From Phycisphaerales bacterium (GTDB lineage: Bacteria > Planctomycetota > Phycisphaerae > Phycisphaerales > SM1A02): a stretch of 64,000 nucleotides of DNA. This document shows positions 37,161 to 46,763 of this stretch, one piece after another. The notes below the pieces were generated by a model. The model worked only from the letters and a program-made list of their open reading frames with translations. It was not told the origin of the DNA and made no database searches. Numbering within the stretch: the first letter of the stretch is position 1; every line of letters starts with the position of its first letter. Both the position numbers and the translations under genes were made by a program. The stretch spans positions 7,445-71,444 of the forward strand of contig JAQWTL010000002.1 in assembly GCA_029242715.1 (NCBI GenBank), given 5' to 3'.

Positions 37161-38234
37161 ATGATCCCACTGCTTGTACTGAGCCTTCTGAATCCTACCC
37201 CCACACTGCTAATCAAACGGCCCTGGGCACCTGCTGGCGGCGAGATGATCATCTCTACCTGGCCAAACTACGCTGCAGAGGGAACGGTAGTGCTCATGAA
37301 ACATGATGGAACGATCATCAATGAACCGGCCACTTTCGTTGAAGGAAAAATCAATGCGATCAAGGCATTCCCCGCGATTGAATCACTTGATCATGCCGCA
37401 TACCTTCAACTTATCGTTGATGATGAACCAACAGGCAGCCCATTGGTCGTCACACCTGCTCTCTCAAGACTCATCCCGGTAATGGAAGAGGACTTTACGG
37501 AGGGTCGAGGCACATGGATGCGAATCGTCGGCTGGGAAGATGCTGGCGCTGAAGAAACCGAGGGATTACCTCTTGGTTCAGGCCTGTATGAAGGTGCTGC
37601 TCTTGACGCGGAGTTGAAAAGAGATGAATCCGTCATCCGCAGTGGCTGGTGGGTTCGCCCAGAAATGGATATCGACATGGACACCACCATGGGAGAAATC
37701 CGAATTGACCTCCGAGAAGATGCGGCACCCATGACTGCACTGAATTTCCAGAGACTCGCTGAAGATCGTTTCTATGACGGCACGATCATGCATCGCATCA
37801 TCATCCAAGGCCGGGAAGGGAGGCCATTCGTCATCCAAGGAGGCGACCCTCTTGGAGATGGAACAGGCGGACCTGGATGGTGGCAACCAATTGAAGCTTC
37901 GACACTGCCTCATGACTTCGGTGTGATTTCAATGGCACGCAGCGATCTTCCCGATTCTGCCGGCTCACAGTGGTTTATTGCCTTGGATCGAGAAGAAACA
38001 GCTCGACTTGATGGCCTGTACTGCGCCTTTGGAGAAGTCATCGATGGACGCGAACCATTGGTAAAGATGGCACAAGTCCCTATTGGCGACAACGAATACC
38101 TCAGCAGCCGTCCGATCGCTCCCCCCTCGATCACTGTCATGAATCTGGTGCCGGCAACCCCCCGTAATCCCGGCAAAGGACGAAGTGAATCACGAGTTGA
38201 ACCCCCTGACACAGGACCATGGTCAAAGGAATAA
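37161..38234 (+). CDS. peptidyl-prolyl cis-trans isomerase, cyclophilin type, with an uncharacterised N-terminal extension of about 180 aa
   Basis: Cyclophilin core: MGEIRIDLREDAAPMTALNFQRLAEDRFYDGTIMHRII...FVIQGGDPLGDGTGGPG...GVISMARSDLPDSAGSQWFIAL...LDGLYCAFGEVIDG. Confidence 0.8.
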   Translation: MIPLLVLSLLNPTPTLLIKRPWAPAGGEMIISTWPNYAAEGTVVLMKHDGTIINEPATFVEGKINAIKAFPAIESLDHAAYLQLIVDDEPTGSPLVVTPALSRLIPVMEEDFTEGRGTWMRIVGWEDAGAEETEGLPLGSGLYEGAALDAELKRDESVIRSGWWVRPEMDIDMDTTMGEIRIDLREDAAPMTALNFQRLAEDRFYDGTIMHRIIIQGREGRPFVIQGGDPLGDGTGGPGWWQPIEASTLPHDFGVISMARSDLPDSAGSQWFIALDREETARLDGLYCAFGEVIDGREPLVKMAQVPIGDNEYLSSRPIAPPSITVMNLVPATPRNPGKGRSESRVEPPDTGPWSKE

Positions 38235-38376
38235 TTGCTTGTCAGCAGGCCTCTTATGCAATTCGTTTCATAAAGTTCCGCAGCAACAGCCCGATGAGGC
38301 CCGTTGCCTCGACTCATTGAGACGATGCTTTAGATAACCCCTTGCCTTCCAGCATCGCTTGTTACACTTGATTCAG

Positions 38377-39009
38377 ATGCAATCACTCGAGACGAATCAG
38401 GTCATACTGGATGACGTTCCTTTCAGCATCACGCTTCTGCTGAACGAGGCTGATGGTGATGAACAGATCATCCGCAGCGTCTGGGATGGGCTTCAGATTG
38501 AGATTCGATCCCTGGCCAGAACTCTCATGGCACAGGAATCAAATTCTCTAACTCTCCAGCCAACCGTTTTGGTAAATGAAGCCTGGCTTCGAATGCACAA
38601 GCAATCTGATGACTCCTGGGAAAATCGCCGTCATTTCCTGGGCGCCGTTTCAACTGCCATGAACAGATTTCTCATCGATCGCGCCAGGCGGCTGAACACT
38701 GAGAAGAGAGGTCATGGCGAAAGGCCTGTCAGTATCGAGGTTGCCGTAGGCGAAATCAGCCACTTTGATACCGCTCGCACACCAGAAGGACTGGATGCCC
38801 TAAAAGCAATAGAAGCACTCAAAGCGGAATCATCCGAAGCGGCTGAAGTAGCCCACCTGCGATTCGTCAGTGGCCTGAGCACCAGAGATGCAGCGACAGT
38901 CATGGGTCTCACAGAGAGAGTCGTACGATCACGTTGGCTCTTTGCAAAGGCCTGGCTTCGTCGACATCTTGATTCAAACGATGCCGGCAGTCATTCTGGC
39001 GTTGCCTGA
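38377..39009 (+). CDS. ECF-type RNA polymerase sigma factor (PF07638-like, kinase-associated type)
   Basis: TLQPTVLVNEAWLRMHKQ...WENRRHFLGAVSTAMNRFLIDRARRLNTEKRG... and the C-terminal region-4 HTH (VAHLRFVSGLSTRDAATVMGLTERVVRSRWLFAKAWL). The track start 38359 is a TTG; ATG 38377 is preferred. Confidence 0.75.
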   Translation: MQSLETNQVILDDVPFSITLLLNEADGDEQIIRSVWDGLQIEIRSLARTLMAQESNSLTLQPTVLVNEAWLRMHKQSDDSWENRRHFLGAVSTAMNRFLIDRARRLNTEKRGHGERPVSIEVAVGEISHFDTARTPEGLDALKAIEALKAESSEAAEVAHLRFVSGLSTRDAATVMGLTERVVRSRWLFAKAWLRRHLDSNDAGSHSGVA

Positions 39010-41708
39010 TGTCACTCCACACATCAAAAGTCCAAGCCCTCTTTGAACGCATTGTTGAAATCCCTGCCAATGAACAGGAATCCTGGCTGATAGCCAATTG
39101 TTCTGACGAGCAGGTCCGCAATGACATCCGAAATCTCCTTGGTTACATCGATTCCGAGATGCAATCCGAAGGAGAGAACTTGGATGACATGGCCCCAAAT
39201 GACATGACAGGAAGTGTCATTGACCGCTATGTCATTGATCGATGCATCGGCGAAGGAATCTACACTGATGTATACCTGGCTCATCAAGTAAGACCCGTCA
39301 AACGTCGAGTTGCTATCAAGTTGATGAAACTCGAGTCAGCCAAGATGGGACAAAAATTCCAGGTGGAACGTCAGACCCTGGCGCTCATGGATCACCCCTC
39401 TATTTCAACTGTGTTTGATGGTGGATGTACGGAAGACGGTCGTTTCTACTTGGTCATGGAATTCGTCGATGGAATTCCAATCACAACCTATTGCAACAAC
39501 CATTGCCTGAACATCGATCAACGCCTAGTACTGTTTGAAGAACTCTGCAGCGCTGTTCAACACGCTCATACAAAAAGCGTCATCCACAGAGATCTCAAGC
39601 CGGAAAATATTCTGGTCACGATCATGGATAATGAGCCAATGATCAAGGTCATCGACTTTGGCATTGCGAGGGCTCTTGAAGAACCACGCCAAGCAGGCGT
39701 GACTGCGTTGATTTCTGGAACACCACGATACATGAGCCCAGAGCAAAGCAATCCTGAAATGGCTTCTGCTGATACTCGAAGCGATGTGTATTCACTGGGT
39801 GTCATACTTTACGAATTACTGACTGGCCTGAATCCAAATGATGAATTGGATGCCAATCGTTTTCCACTCCAGAATGAAAACCATAATCAATACATATCAC
39901 CATCCGTTGCAAAACCATCTACTGCGACTCGAATACCAAATGCGAATTGGAATCAAAGAGCAACTGCCAGACAGACGACTCCTGGAAAACTGTTTTCCAG
40001 ATTCCGTGGAGATCTTGACTGGATCGTGATGCGATGCCTGGAAACAGATCCAGAAAATCGCTATGCGACCCCAGCAGAGTTATCTGTTGATATTGAAAGG
40101 CATCTCAAAGGGCTCCCTGTTTCGGCAGGCCCAGAAAGATTCACCTATCACCTGCATAAACTGATTTCTCGCCACTGGATAGCAACCGCCGTTGGCTGTT
40201 TGATTTTTCTGATCGCTCTCTTTGGGGCTTTCCTTGTCTTCGAACTGAGAGCAAGATCATTTGATGCATATGAGAGAGCTGACGCCTTCCGTTCCTATTT
40301 GCATACTTTCATCACAGCGATTGATCCTGAAACTGCTCAGTATTCTGATCGCCAAGTTGTTGAAACCATGCTCAACTCGGCCTCCAGTGAAATCCATCAG
40401 AACTTTGCGGCTCATCCCTTGATTGCCTTTCAACTTCACATGGATTTTGCCCAGGCATTTCAACGCATCGGCAGCTATGGAATCGCTCTTGAGCATTACC
40501 AGTCTTCACAACGGATCGCTCAAGACAACTTCCCCGCCAACAACCCCAAACGAATTCAGGCTGCAATCATGCTTGGCAACGGCCAGCTGCGAGCCGGTCA
40601 GTTCAATATTGCTAATGAGACTCTTCTCGGCGCCTCTGCCCAGTCGGAAAAATTTCTCGGTCATGATCATCCTTATACCGTTGAGTCCGACAAACACAGG
40701 AGTTCGGTTCTAAACGAACTGGGCAGATACAAGGAAGCACTTGTCGTCAATGACACTGTGATCAATCGCCTGAACTCGAGACTTGGTCCCACGCATGAAG
40801 ACACCCTTCGCGCACATTGCAAGCATGCAACAACTTGGATCAATCTCGGAAATGCAAAAGATGCTCGACCCATACTGGAAGATCTTCTCAAGACCTGCTC
40901 GGATTCTCTGGGCAACAACCATAAGCTGAACTCTGAAATCGAAGAAGACCTTGCACTCGCCTATGGAGAGCTCGGACTTCTGGAAAAGTCAGAAGAACTT
41001 GAACGTAAGATTCTTGCCACGAGACAGAACCAACTGGGATCACTCCATCCAATGACACTCCGTGTCATGTCAAATTTGGGAACTACCCTTGATCTTCTTG
41101 ATCGCCCGGATGAAGCGATTGTCCTGCACAGCAAGGCACTTGAGGGCAAACAGAACGTACTGGGCCCGAATCATCCAGCCACTGTCAACACCATGATCAA
41201 TCTGGCAATCACACTGGGGCAGTTGGAGCGGTATGAAGAAGCTGAATTCCATGAACACAATGCTCTGGAAATCCTGAATAGAACTCTTGGACCTGAACAC
41301 CCAGAAACACTTGTCACAAAGTCCAATCTGGCCGTCACAAAGGGGCTGCTTGGTGACATACAGAAAGAAATCAAGCTGGGACAGGAAGTCCTCAAGATTC
41401 GTCGACAAGTGCTCGGCTCAATCCATCAAGACACTCTGATGACCATCTACAACCTGGCATCAGCAATGAATGAAATTGGCGAATACGAGAATGCCGAAAT
41501 CCTGGCACTTGAGGCCCATGAAGGCTATCGAAAACTATTTGGTGACGCTGATCCAGAAACCATCGACTGCATTGATGAGCTGATCAGGATCTATGACAAG
41601 CAGGAAAAGACTTCTGAAGCAGCGAAATGGAAAATGGCAAGAAAGCTTGCTGCCTCATCATCCAAGACTGCACGGCCCCGTCCAGGGACAAGCCAGACCA
41701 TGCCCTGA
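39009..41708 (+). CDS. Ser/Thr protein kinase with one TM helix and a C-terminal TPR array
   Basis: Kinase motifs: VAIKLMK, HRDLKPENILV, VIDFGIAR, GTPRYMSPEQ. TM helix: IATAVGCLIFLIALFGAFLVF. Many TPR-like repeats follow (LGPTHEDTLRAHCKHA, LGSLHPMTLRVMSNLG, LGPNHPATVNTMINLA, LGPEHPETLVTKSNLA, LGSIHQDTLMTIYNLA). The ATG overlaps the sigma-factor stop in TGATG. Confidence 0.85.
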   Translation: MSLHTSKVQALFERIVEIPANEQESWLIANCSDEQVRNDIRNLLGYIDSEMQSEGENLDDMAPNDMTGSVIDRYVIDRCIGEGIYTDVYLAHQVRPVKRRVAIKLMKLESAKMGQKFQVERQTLALMDHPSISTVFDGGCTEDGRFYLVMEFVDGIPITTYCNNHCLNIDQRLVLFEELCSAVQHAHTKSVIHRDLKPENILVTIMDNEPMIKVIDFGIARALEEPRQAGVTALISGTPRYMSPEQSNPEMASADTRSDVYSLGVILYELLTGLNPNDELDANRFPLQNENHNQYISPSVAKPSTATRIPNANWNQRATARQTTPGKLFSRFRGDLDWIVMRCLETDPENRYATPAELSVDIERHLKGLPVSAGPERFTYHLHKLISRHWIATAVGCLIFLIALFGAFLVFELRARSFDAYERADAFRSYLHTFITAIDPETAQYSDRQVVETMLNSASSEIHQNFAAHPLIAFQLHMDFAQAFQRIGSYGIALEHYQSSQRIAQDNFPANNPKRIQAAIMLGNGQLRAGQFNIANETLLGASAQSEKFLGHDHPYTVESDKHRSSVLNELGRYKEALVVNDTVINRLNSRLGPTHEDTLRAHCKHATTWINLGNAKDARPILEDLLKTCSDSLGNNHKLNSEIEEDLALAYGELGLLEKSEELERKILATRQNQLGSLHPMTLRVMSNLGTTLDLLDRPDEAIVLHSKALEGKQNVLGPNHPATVNTMINLAITLGQLERYEEAEFHEHNALEILNRTLGPEHPETLVTKSNLAVTKGLLGDIQKEIKLGQEVLKIRRQVLGSIHQDTLMTIYNLASAMNEIGEYENAEILALEAHEGYRKLFGDADPETIDCIDELIRIYDKQEKTSEAAKWKMARKLAASSSKTARPRPGTSQTMP

Positions 41709-41714
41709 CTTCTA

Positions 41715-41972
41715 CTAGAACGAAGCTGGCTGTTTCTGGTCACAATCCCAGTCGCAGGCATACAATCCGAAATTAATGCCTGCTCCAAACCTCTCTCCAG
41801 GTTCGCCATGCCCATGAGGCATGGAATCCATGCTGCCTAGAAGTTGAATCTTCAGGGGGTGCATGCCGGGTATGTCCATGTGCATTTTCGGCTCGTATTC
41901 ACATCCTGCCTGAAGCAGAACCATGGAGCCGAGCATCAATTTGGTTGCTATGAAACGCATCTGCTCCATCAT
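41715..41972 (-). CDS. possible small Met/His-rich lipoprotein
   Basis: 85-aa ORF with a lipobox-like MVLLQAGC, then MHMDIPGMHPLK...MDSMPHGHGEPG. It is short with no family recognised, so confidence is low. Confidence 0.3.
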   Translation of the reverse strand: MMEQMRFIATKLMLGSMVLLQAGCEYEPKMHMDIPGMHPLKIQLLGSMDSMPHGHGEPGERFGAGINFGLYACDWDCDQKQPASF

Positions 41973-42041
41973 ACGATCAGATAGACTCGGACCTCCCCAG
42001 GAATCTGCAATCTCAAACTACTACCTGGATGAGATGAACTT

Positions 42042-42845
42042 ATGTTACTTCCCACATTCTTCATATCCCTTCTGACAACCGCCCTATCAACCATGATCGA
42101 CCCTTTATCGAGATATGAATCCCATACGATCACTGTTGAAGTAGAAAATGCCAATCGAACCTATCCCTATCGCCTGCTAAAACCAACGGAGCCCGACAAG
42201 TCAGCTCCGCTGGTTGTTTTCCTGCATGGTGCAGGAGAGCGAGGTGATGACAATCTTGCACAACTGACTTATCTGCCCATGTGGGCCCTTTCAGCAGGAC
42301 ATCTGCAAGACAAAGCCTGCTATCTGCTTGCCGTTCAATGCCCTGCAGACGAACAGTGGGCCCCATATGAAGTCTCAAAAGAGCCCCTTGGCGATGCAAG
42401 CCCATCTCTTCAAGCAGTCATTGCAGCCATGCAGCAGGTCATCAACCGGGAAAACGTTGACCTCTCACGGATTTACCTGACCGGACTATCCATGGGTGGC
42501 TACGGGAGTTGGGACCTTGCGGCTCGTCATCCCCGCTGGTTTGCGGCCGTGGTTCCGATCTGCGGAGGAGGCCGACTTGAAACTGCTTCCCAGCTTGTAG
42601 ACGTACCGATCTGGGCATTCCATGGGACCAATGACACTGTCGTACAGGAAGCCGAGTCTCGAATGATGATTGAAGCGATCCGTGCCGCCGGTGGCCGCCC
42701 TGCTTATTCACCCCTGCCAGATGTCGGGCATGGCTCCTGGCACTTCGCATATGGGCCTCGGGGCGCGATCGAATGGATGTTCGGACAAGAAAATCCCACC
42801 CCACCAGCCCTCAATAAGGCCGATCCTGGACATGCAGCCGATTGA
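42042..42845 (+). CDS. alpha/beta hydrolase (carboxylesterase / dienelactone-hydrolase-like)
   Basis: PLVVFLHGAGERGDDN, nucleophile elbow IYLTGLSMGGYGSW, and VPIWAFHGTNDTVV...GHGSW. Confidence 0.7.
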   Translation: MLLPTFFISLLTTALSTMIDPLSRYESHTITVEVENANRTYPYRLLKPTEPDKSAPLVVFLHGAGERGDDNLAQLTYLPMWALSAGHLQDKACYLLAVQCPADEQWAPYEVSKEPLGDASPSLQAVIAAMQQVINRENVDLSRIYLTGLSMGGYGSWDLAARHPRWFAAVVPICGGGRLETASQLVDVPIWAFHGTNDTVVQEAESRMMIEAIRAAGGRPAYSPLPDVGHGSWHFAYGPRGAIEWMFGQENPTPPALNKADPGHAAD

Positions 42846-42882
42846 CACGAACCTTCAACCTCCGGGGGGGTTAAAATGGGGT

Positions 42883-43965
42883 ATGCGAATACTCATTCCA
42901 GCCTCAATCGCCCTCCTGGCCATCATTGCCATGACAGGCGGATTCGATAAACAGACATCAGAACCAACTGAAGGCACCCCCTCGAAGGTAGAGAGCCCGA
43001 TGAAGCCGGCCTATTCCCAAAGTGGATATGACATCACTCCAATCACTGATGAAAAGCGAGCCGAACTGGCTTCCAATCTCAGTGCAGAAGCTTTCAAAGT
43101 CACACAGAAATCCGGGACCGAACGACCCTTCTGTGGAACGCTCCTCGATAACAAGAAGGATGGCATATACACCTGCGTTGTCTGTGGACTGCCGATTTTC
43201 TCATCGAATCACAAATTTGAATCTGGCACAGGCTGGCCCAGCTTCTATACACCAGTGGATCAAGACCATTTGGCACGTACTGTCGACAAAGGCCACGGGA
43301 TGGTTCGAACCGAAATCTCATGTGCCCGCTGCGATGCACACCTTGGACATGTGTTCCCGGATGGGCCTGAGCCAACCGGCGAACGGCATTGCTTGAATTC
43401 AGCAGCGCTCACCTTCATTGAGGAAGGTCAACCCGTGCCACCAGCTTCACAACCTGCCAAAATTGAAACTGCATACTTTGCAGCAGGCTGCTTCTGGGGT
43501 GTCGAGCACTGGTTCCAACAGGGCGAAGGCGTCATCGACGCTGAGAGCGGATACATGCAAGGTAATACGAAGAATCCGACATACAAGGATATCTGTTACA
43601 AGGACACGGGGCATGCCGAGGTTGTCAAGGTGACCTACAACCCGGACACAATCAGCTACCAGAAACTTCTGGAAGCCTTCTTCAAGATGCATGATCCGAC
43701 GCAACTGAATCGCCAGGGCCCGGACGTTGGCAGCCAGTATCGCTCCGGAATCTATGCAGTGAATGATGAGCAGGCCAGCCAGGCCAAGGCCTACATCGAG
43801 AAGCTCAACACGGCCAAAGCCTATTCACAACCAGTCGTGACCGAGGTCGAGATGGCCAAGACGTTCTATCCCGCGGAAGACTACCACCAGGATTACATCG
43901 AGAAGACCGGCCGTGTCTGCCATGTCCAGAATCCCTGGACAGATCAACCGACACCGACTCACTGA
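42883..43965 (+). CDS. msrAB: bifunctional peptide methionine sulfoxide reductase (MsrB domain followed by MsrA domain), membrane-anchored/secreted
   Basis: Internal ATG giving MRILIPASIALLAIIAMTGG. MsrB motifs: GIYTCVVCGLPIFSSNHKFESGTGWPSF, CARCDAHLGHVFPDGP. MsrA motifs: AYFAAGCFWGVEHWF, GHAEVVKVTYNP, DPTQLNRQGPDVGSQYRS. Confidence 0.9.
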   Translation: MRILIPASIALLAIIAMTGGFDKQTSEPTEGTPSKVESPMKPAYSQSGYDITPITDEKRAELASNLSAEAFKVTQKSGTERPFCGTLLDNKKDGIYTCVVCGLPIFSSNHKFESGTGWPSFYTPVDQDHLARTVDKGHGMVRTEISCARCDAHLGHVFPDGPEPTGERHCLNSAALTFIEEGQPVPPASQPAKIETAYFAAGCFWGVEHWFQQGEGVIDAESGYMQGNTKNPTYKDICYKDTGHAEVVKVTYNPDTISYQKLLEAFFKMHDPTQLNRQGPDVGSQYRSGIYAVNDEQASQAKAYIEKLNTAKAYSQPVVTEVEMAKTFYPAEDYHQDYIEKTGRVCHVQNPWTDQPTPTH

Positions 43966-43980
43966 ACACAAGGCCGCGAC

Positions 43981-45687
43981 TCACTTCCCTCGCGAAGCTC
44001 GATCATCCAGTTCCTGCATCGTCAGGCGGACTGAACGGATGTAGGGAGACTCCCCCTCATCCCAGTGACCATAGGTCGTCGTGACAATCGTCCCATCTGG
44101 CAACAAGACCACACCCGGATAGGCGGTATCCCAGCGATGCTTGTTGTCCTTTAGACGAACCCGATACTGCCCCTGCTGACCTCGAACAAGATCTTCCCAG
44201 GTCCCGACCCAGGCCACCCAATCACCCTTCGTGGGCGAGTCATGAGTCGTATCTCTGAATGAGATGAACAGTCGACCATCTGGCGCATACACCCCCGTAT
44301 GGCGATCACCAGTCAATGAAGCGGGCAACTCTCTTGGAGCAGACCAGCTTGCACCCTCATCTTCACTGAACATGACGTATGAATTACGCCGTCGGCTGTT
44401 TTCTCTCAGCAGTATGGCCAATGTGCCACCATCTGGCGATCGAATCACCCCAGGCTCACACAAGTGTACGTCTTGCCCTGACCAGACAGCTTCAGGCGTC
44501 GACCAGCTCAGACCACCATCTTCACTGAAGGTCTTGTACATGGTGAATGTGACGGGTTTGGTCTGCTGCGAGGCAGGACCTATGAATCGACCATCATCAT
44601 GAAACATGGCCAGATAGCGACCATCGTTCAGCCGTTCGACAAATCCCATGACGACGATACCCCCCCAATCCCCTGCAGGCTGCAATGGCGACCAGGTCTG
44701 CCCGTCATCATCACTGACTGCTGTTCGAGCTGGATACAGCCCGGACCACATGATCAGTCGTTTCTTGCCCGTTTCAGGATCAATCACGCGATGCAGAGTT
44801 GGAACCTCACGGCTGGTCTTCCAGTTCTCGGGTGTCGGAAGTCGATCAGACCAGTTCAAACCGCCATCCTCGGATCGCTTGTAGACCACACCACCCTTGC
44901 CATGCCCCTTGGGATAGACACACAGGATCGTCTTGCCATCTTCAAGCAGAACGGTTGTTGGGTGCCCCAGGTACTGACCTGATTCTCGATCAACCACGAC
45001 ATGACCATCATGTTCAGTATCAAGATCGATCAGAGGCAGATCATGGCCACGGCGAGGAATCCTTGCATGTATTTCTTCAGGCAGAAGCATGCAACGAAAA
45101 CGATTCGGTGTCTGACCATCCAGATCCACACGTATGCCGGTGACCTTCCCTCCGGGATTCACTGTGATTTCACCACGCATCGGATGATTTTCACCACAAC
45201 TGCCCAATCGAGCCGTGAAGTGACCTTCTTTGCCTGCAAGCAAATCATCCTTGCTGCCAACCCACAATACGAGGTCGTTGAAGGTCGGGCTTCCTTCAAT
45301 CGTGTCATGCAAAAGAACACCAATTGATTCGTCCGGCAACTCTGAGATGTCAAGAACCGTTCCTTGAAGCGCCGCACATTGCTCAATTGAAATGGCTTCC
45401 GGCTGGCCGGCGCCTTGACGATGTCGTATGAATGTCGACTCACCAGGAGCAGAATCAATCCGGATGACCGAATCATCAGACAATGCGGCCGCCGCTTTGT
45501 GAAGTGAACCGGTTTTCCCCTGCTCCTCACGCCATTCACCGATATCGGAAAGATCAATCCAGGGAAGGTCGACTGTCCTGCGATCAAGATGTTCTGCGCG
45601 AACAGTTTCTTCTGAGGATGTTCCTGAGGCTGACGCAAGGAACACGATCAAAGACATGACAAGTTGAGACATAATGAAAGAGGGCAC
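43981..45687 (-). CDS. BNR/Asp-box repeat glycoside hydrolase, sialidase-like
   Basis: Signal peptide. Four Asp-box motifs: SEDGGLNWS, SDDDGQTWS, SEDGGLSWS, SEDEGASWS. N-terminal region of about 200 aa with unknown function. Confidence 0.7.
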   Translation of the reverse strand: MPSFIMSQLVMSLIVFLASASGTSSEETVRAEHLDRRTVDLPWIDLSDIGEWREEQGKTGSLHKAAAALSDDSVIRIDSAPGESTFIRHRQGAGQPEAISIEQCAALQGTVLDISELPDESIGVLLHDTIEGSPTFNDLVLWVGSKDDLLAGKEGHFTARLGSCGENHPMRGEITVNPGGKVTGIRVDLDGQTPNRFRCMLLPEEIHARIPRRGHDLPLIDLDTEHDGHVVVDRESGQYLGHPTTVLLEDGKTILCVYPKGHGKGGVVYKRSEDGGLNWSDRLPTPENWKTSREVPTLHRVIDPETGKKRLIMWSGLYPARTAVSDDDGQTWSPLQPAGDWGGIVVMGFVERLNDGRYLAMFHDDGRFIGPASQQTKPVTFTMYKTFSEDGGLSWSTPEAVWSGQDVHLCEPGVIRSPDGGTLAILLRENSRRRNSYVMFSEDEGASWSAPRELPASLTGDRHTGVYAPDGRLFISFRDTTHDSPTKGDWVAWVGTWEDLVRGQQGQYRVRLKDNKHRWDTAYPGVVLLPDGTIVTTTYGHWDEGESPYIRSVRLTMQELDDRASRGK

Positions 45688-45694
45688 TGACCAT

Positions 45695-46696
45695 TCACCT
45701 TTCTTTTTCGTCGAGCACGTGACAGTACATTACATGAGTTGATGCGATCTTGAATCCCAACCCCATATTCAGATCAAGCATCGGCTTGTTCGTGTCATGT
45801 TGATTGGTATGTATGTACCGGATTCCATGAGTTCTGCACCAGTCAAACCCTGCCCGTTTGATCAGTTTGACGAATCCTCGGCGACGGTAATCCGAATGCA
45901 CCCCGGTCATGAAGTGATAACAAGAATCCTGCCCTGGTTCTGGAGTAGACATCCAGGCTGTCGCAGCCCATACACCTTCGACCAACAGGACATATGAACT
46001 GTCCAGATTGATTTCGATTTCATCCAGAAGCCTGGCTTTCAACTCTTCTGCTGTCTTTGGGAACCCTTCTGCAACCCCTGTTCTGCTGGGGATGTCACGC
46101 ATGAAACTGTCACAAAGAGCATGCAGTTTCTCAGCCCAGTCCGATTCCTTGGATTGAAGTTCACCGATCGTCAATAGCTGCATGTCATTCGCCAAGTCAT
46201 ATTGAAACAACTCTTCACTGCATTCAGATAAATCCAGTTTCAAAATGTACTGCCGATCCAACTCATCAAATCCTGCAGATTGGATGAATTGAGTGCCAAA
46301 CGTCTTTTCAAAATCCAGACTCGTGTAGATTCGATCAAATCCCAGTTTGCGAGCCTGAACAATTCCCGTCTGAAGAAGCCTGCGGGCAAGTCCTCTCCGG
46401 CGGTGATCTGGATGAATCATGATCCACCCCACAAGCGGCTGGCCGCCATCAGGAAACATCCCGATATTGAATAAACAGGACATTCCGATGACCTGCGAAT
46501 TCGTTTCAACCACCTCACCGTAATAGACCTTGCCCCCCTCAACAGCCTGGAGTTGGGTCCTCAGTCTTTTTTCAGGTGATTTCAATGCCCTGTCCTGATC
46601 ATTTCGATCGAAGGACATCAGGTCATTGAATGAACGACAATCTTCCAGATCAAGTCGCAAAGGCCGAAACACGAGATTGCCTGAGCTGGCTGCCAT
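45695..46696 (-). CDS. tandem GNAT-domain N-acetyltransferase
   Basis: Two acetyl-CoA-binding-like motifs: HPDHRRRGLARRLLQ and HSDYRRRGFVKLIK. It ends 7 nt upstream of the sialidase-like gene on the same strand. Confidence 0.7.
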   Translation of the reverse strand: MAASSGNLVFRPLRLDLEDCRSFNDLMSFDRNDQDRALKSPEKRLRTQLQAVEGGKVYYGEVVETNSQVIGMSCLFNIGMFPDGGQPLVGWIMIHPDHRRRGLARRLLQTGIVQARKLGFDRIYTSLDFEKTFGTQFIQSAGFDELDRQYILKLDLSECSEELFQYDLANDMQLLTIGELQSKESDWAEKLHALCDSFMRDIPSRTGVAEGFPKTAEELKARLLDEIEINLDSSYVLLVEGVWAATAWMSTPEPGQDSCYHFMTGVHSDYRRRGFVKLIKRAGFDWCRTHGIRYIHTNQHDTNKPMLDLNMGLGFKIASTHVMYCHVLDEKER

Positions 46697-46763
46697 GACT
46701 GCATGGTATCACTCCTGCCTTGTACTCCTGACTGCCTGCCCTGGATGTATTACCCTGTTGCAC

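Noticed and set aside
38377-41708. ECF sigma factor translationally coupled to a TPR Ser/Thr kinase, considered as a possible novel signalling system
   Set aside because: As far as I know, this PF07638-type ECF sigma plus Ser/Thr kinase pairing is an already described, widespread arrangement in Planctomycetota and relatives (kinase-associated ECF groups). It is annotated as a feature, not as a novelty.
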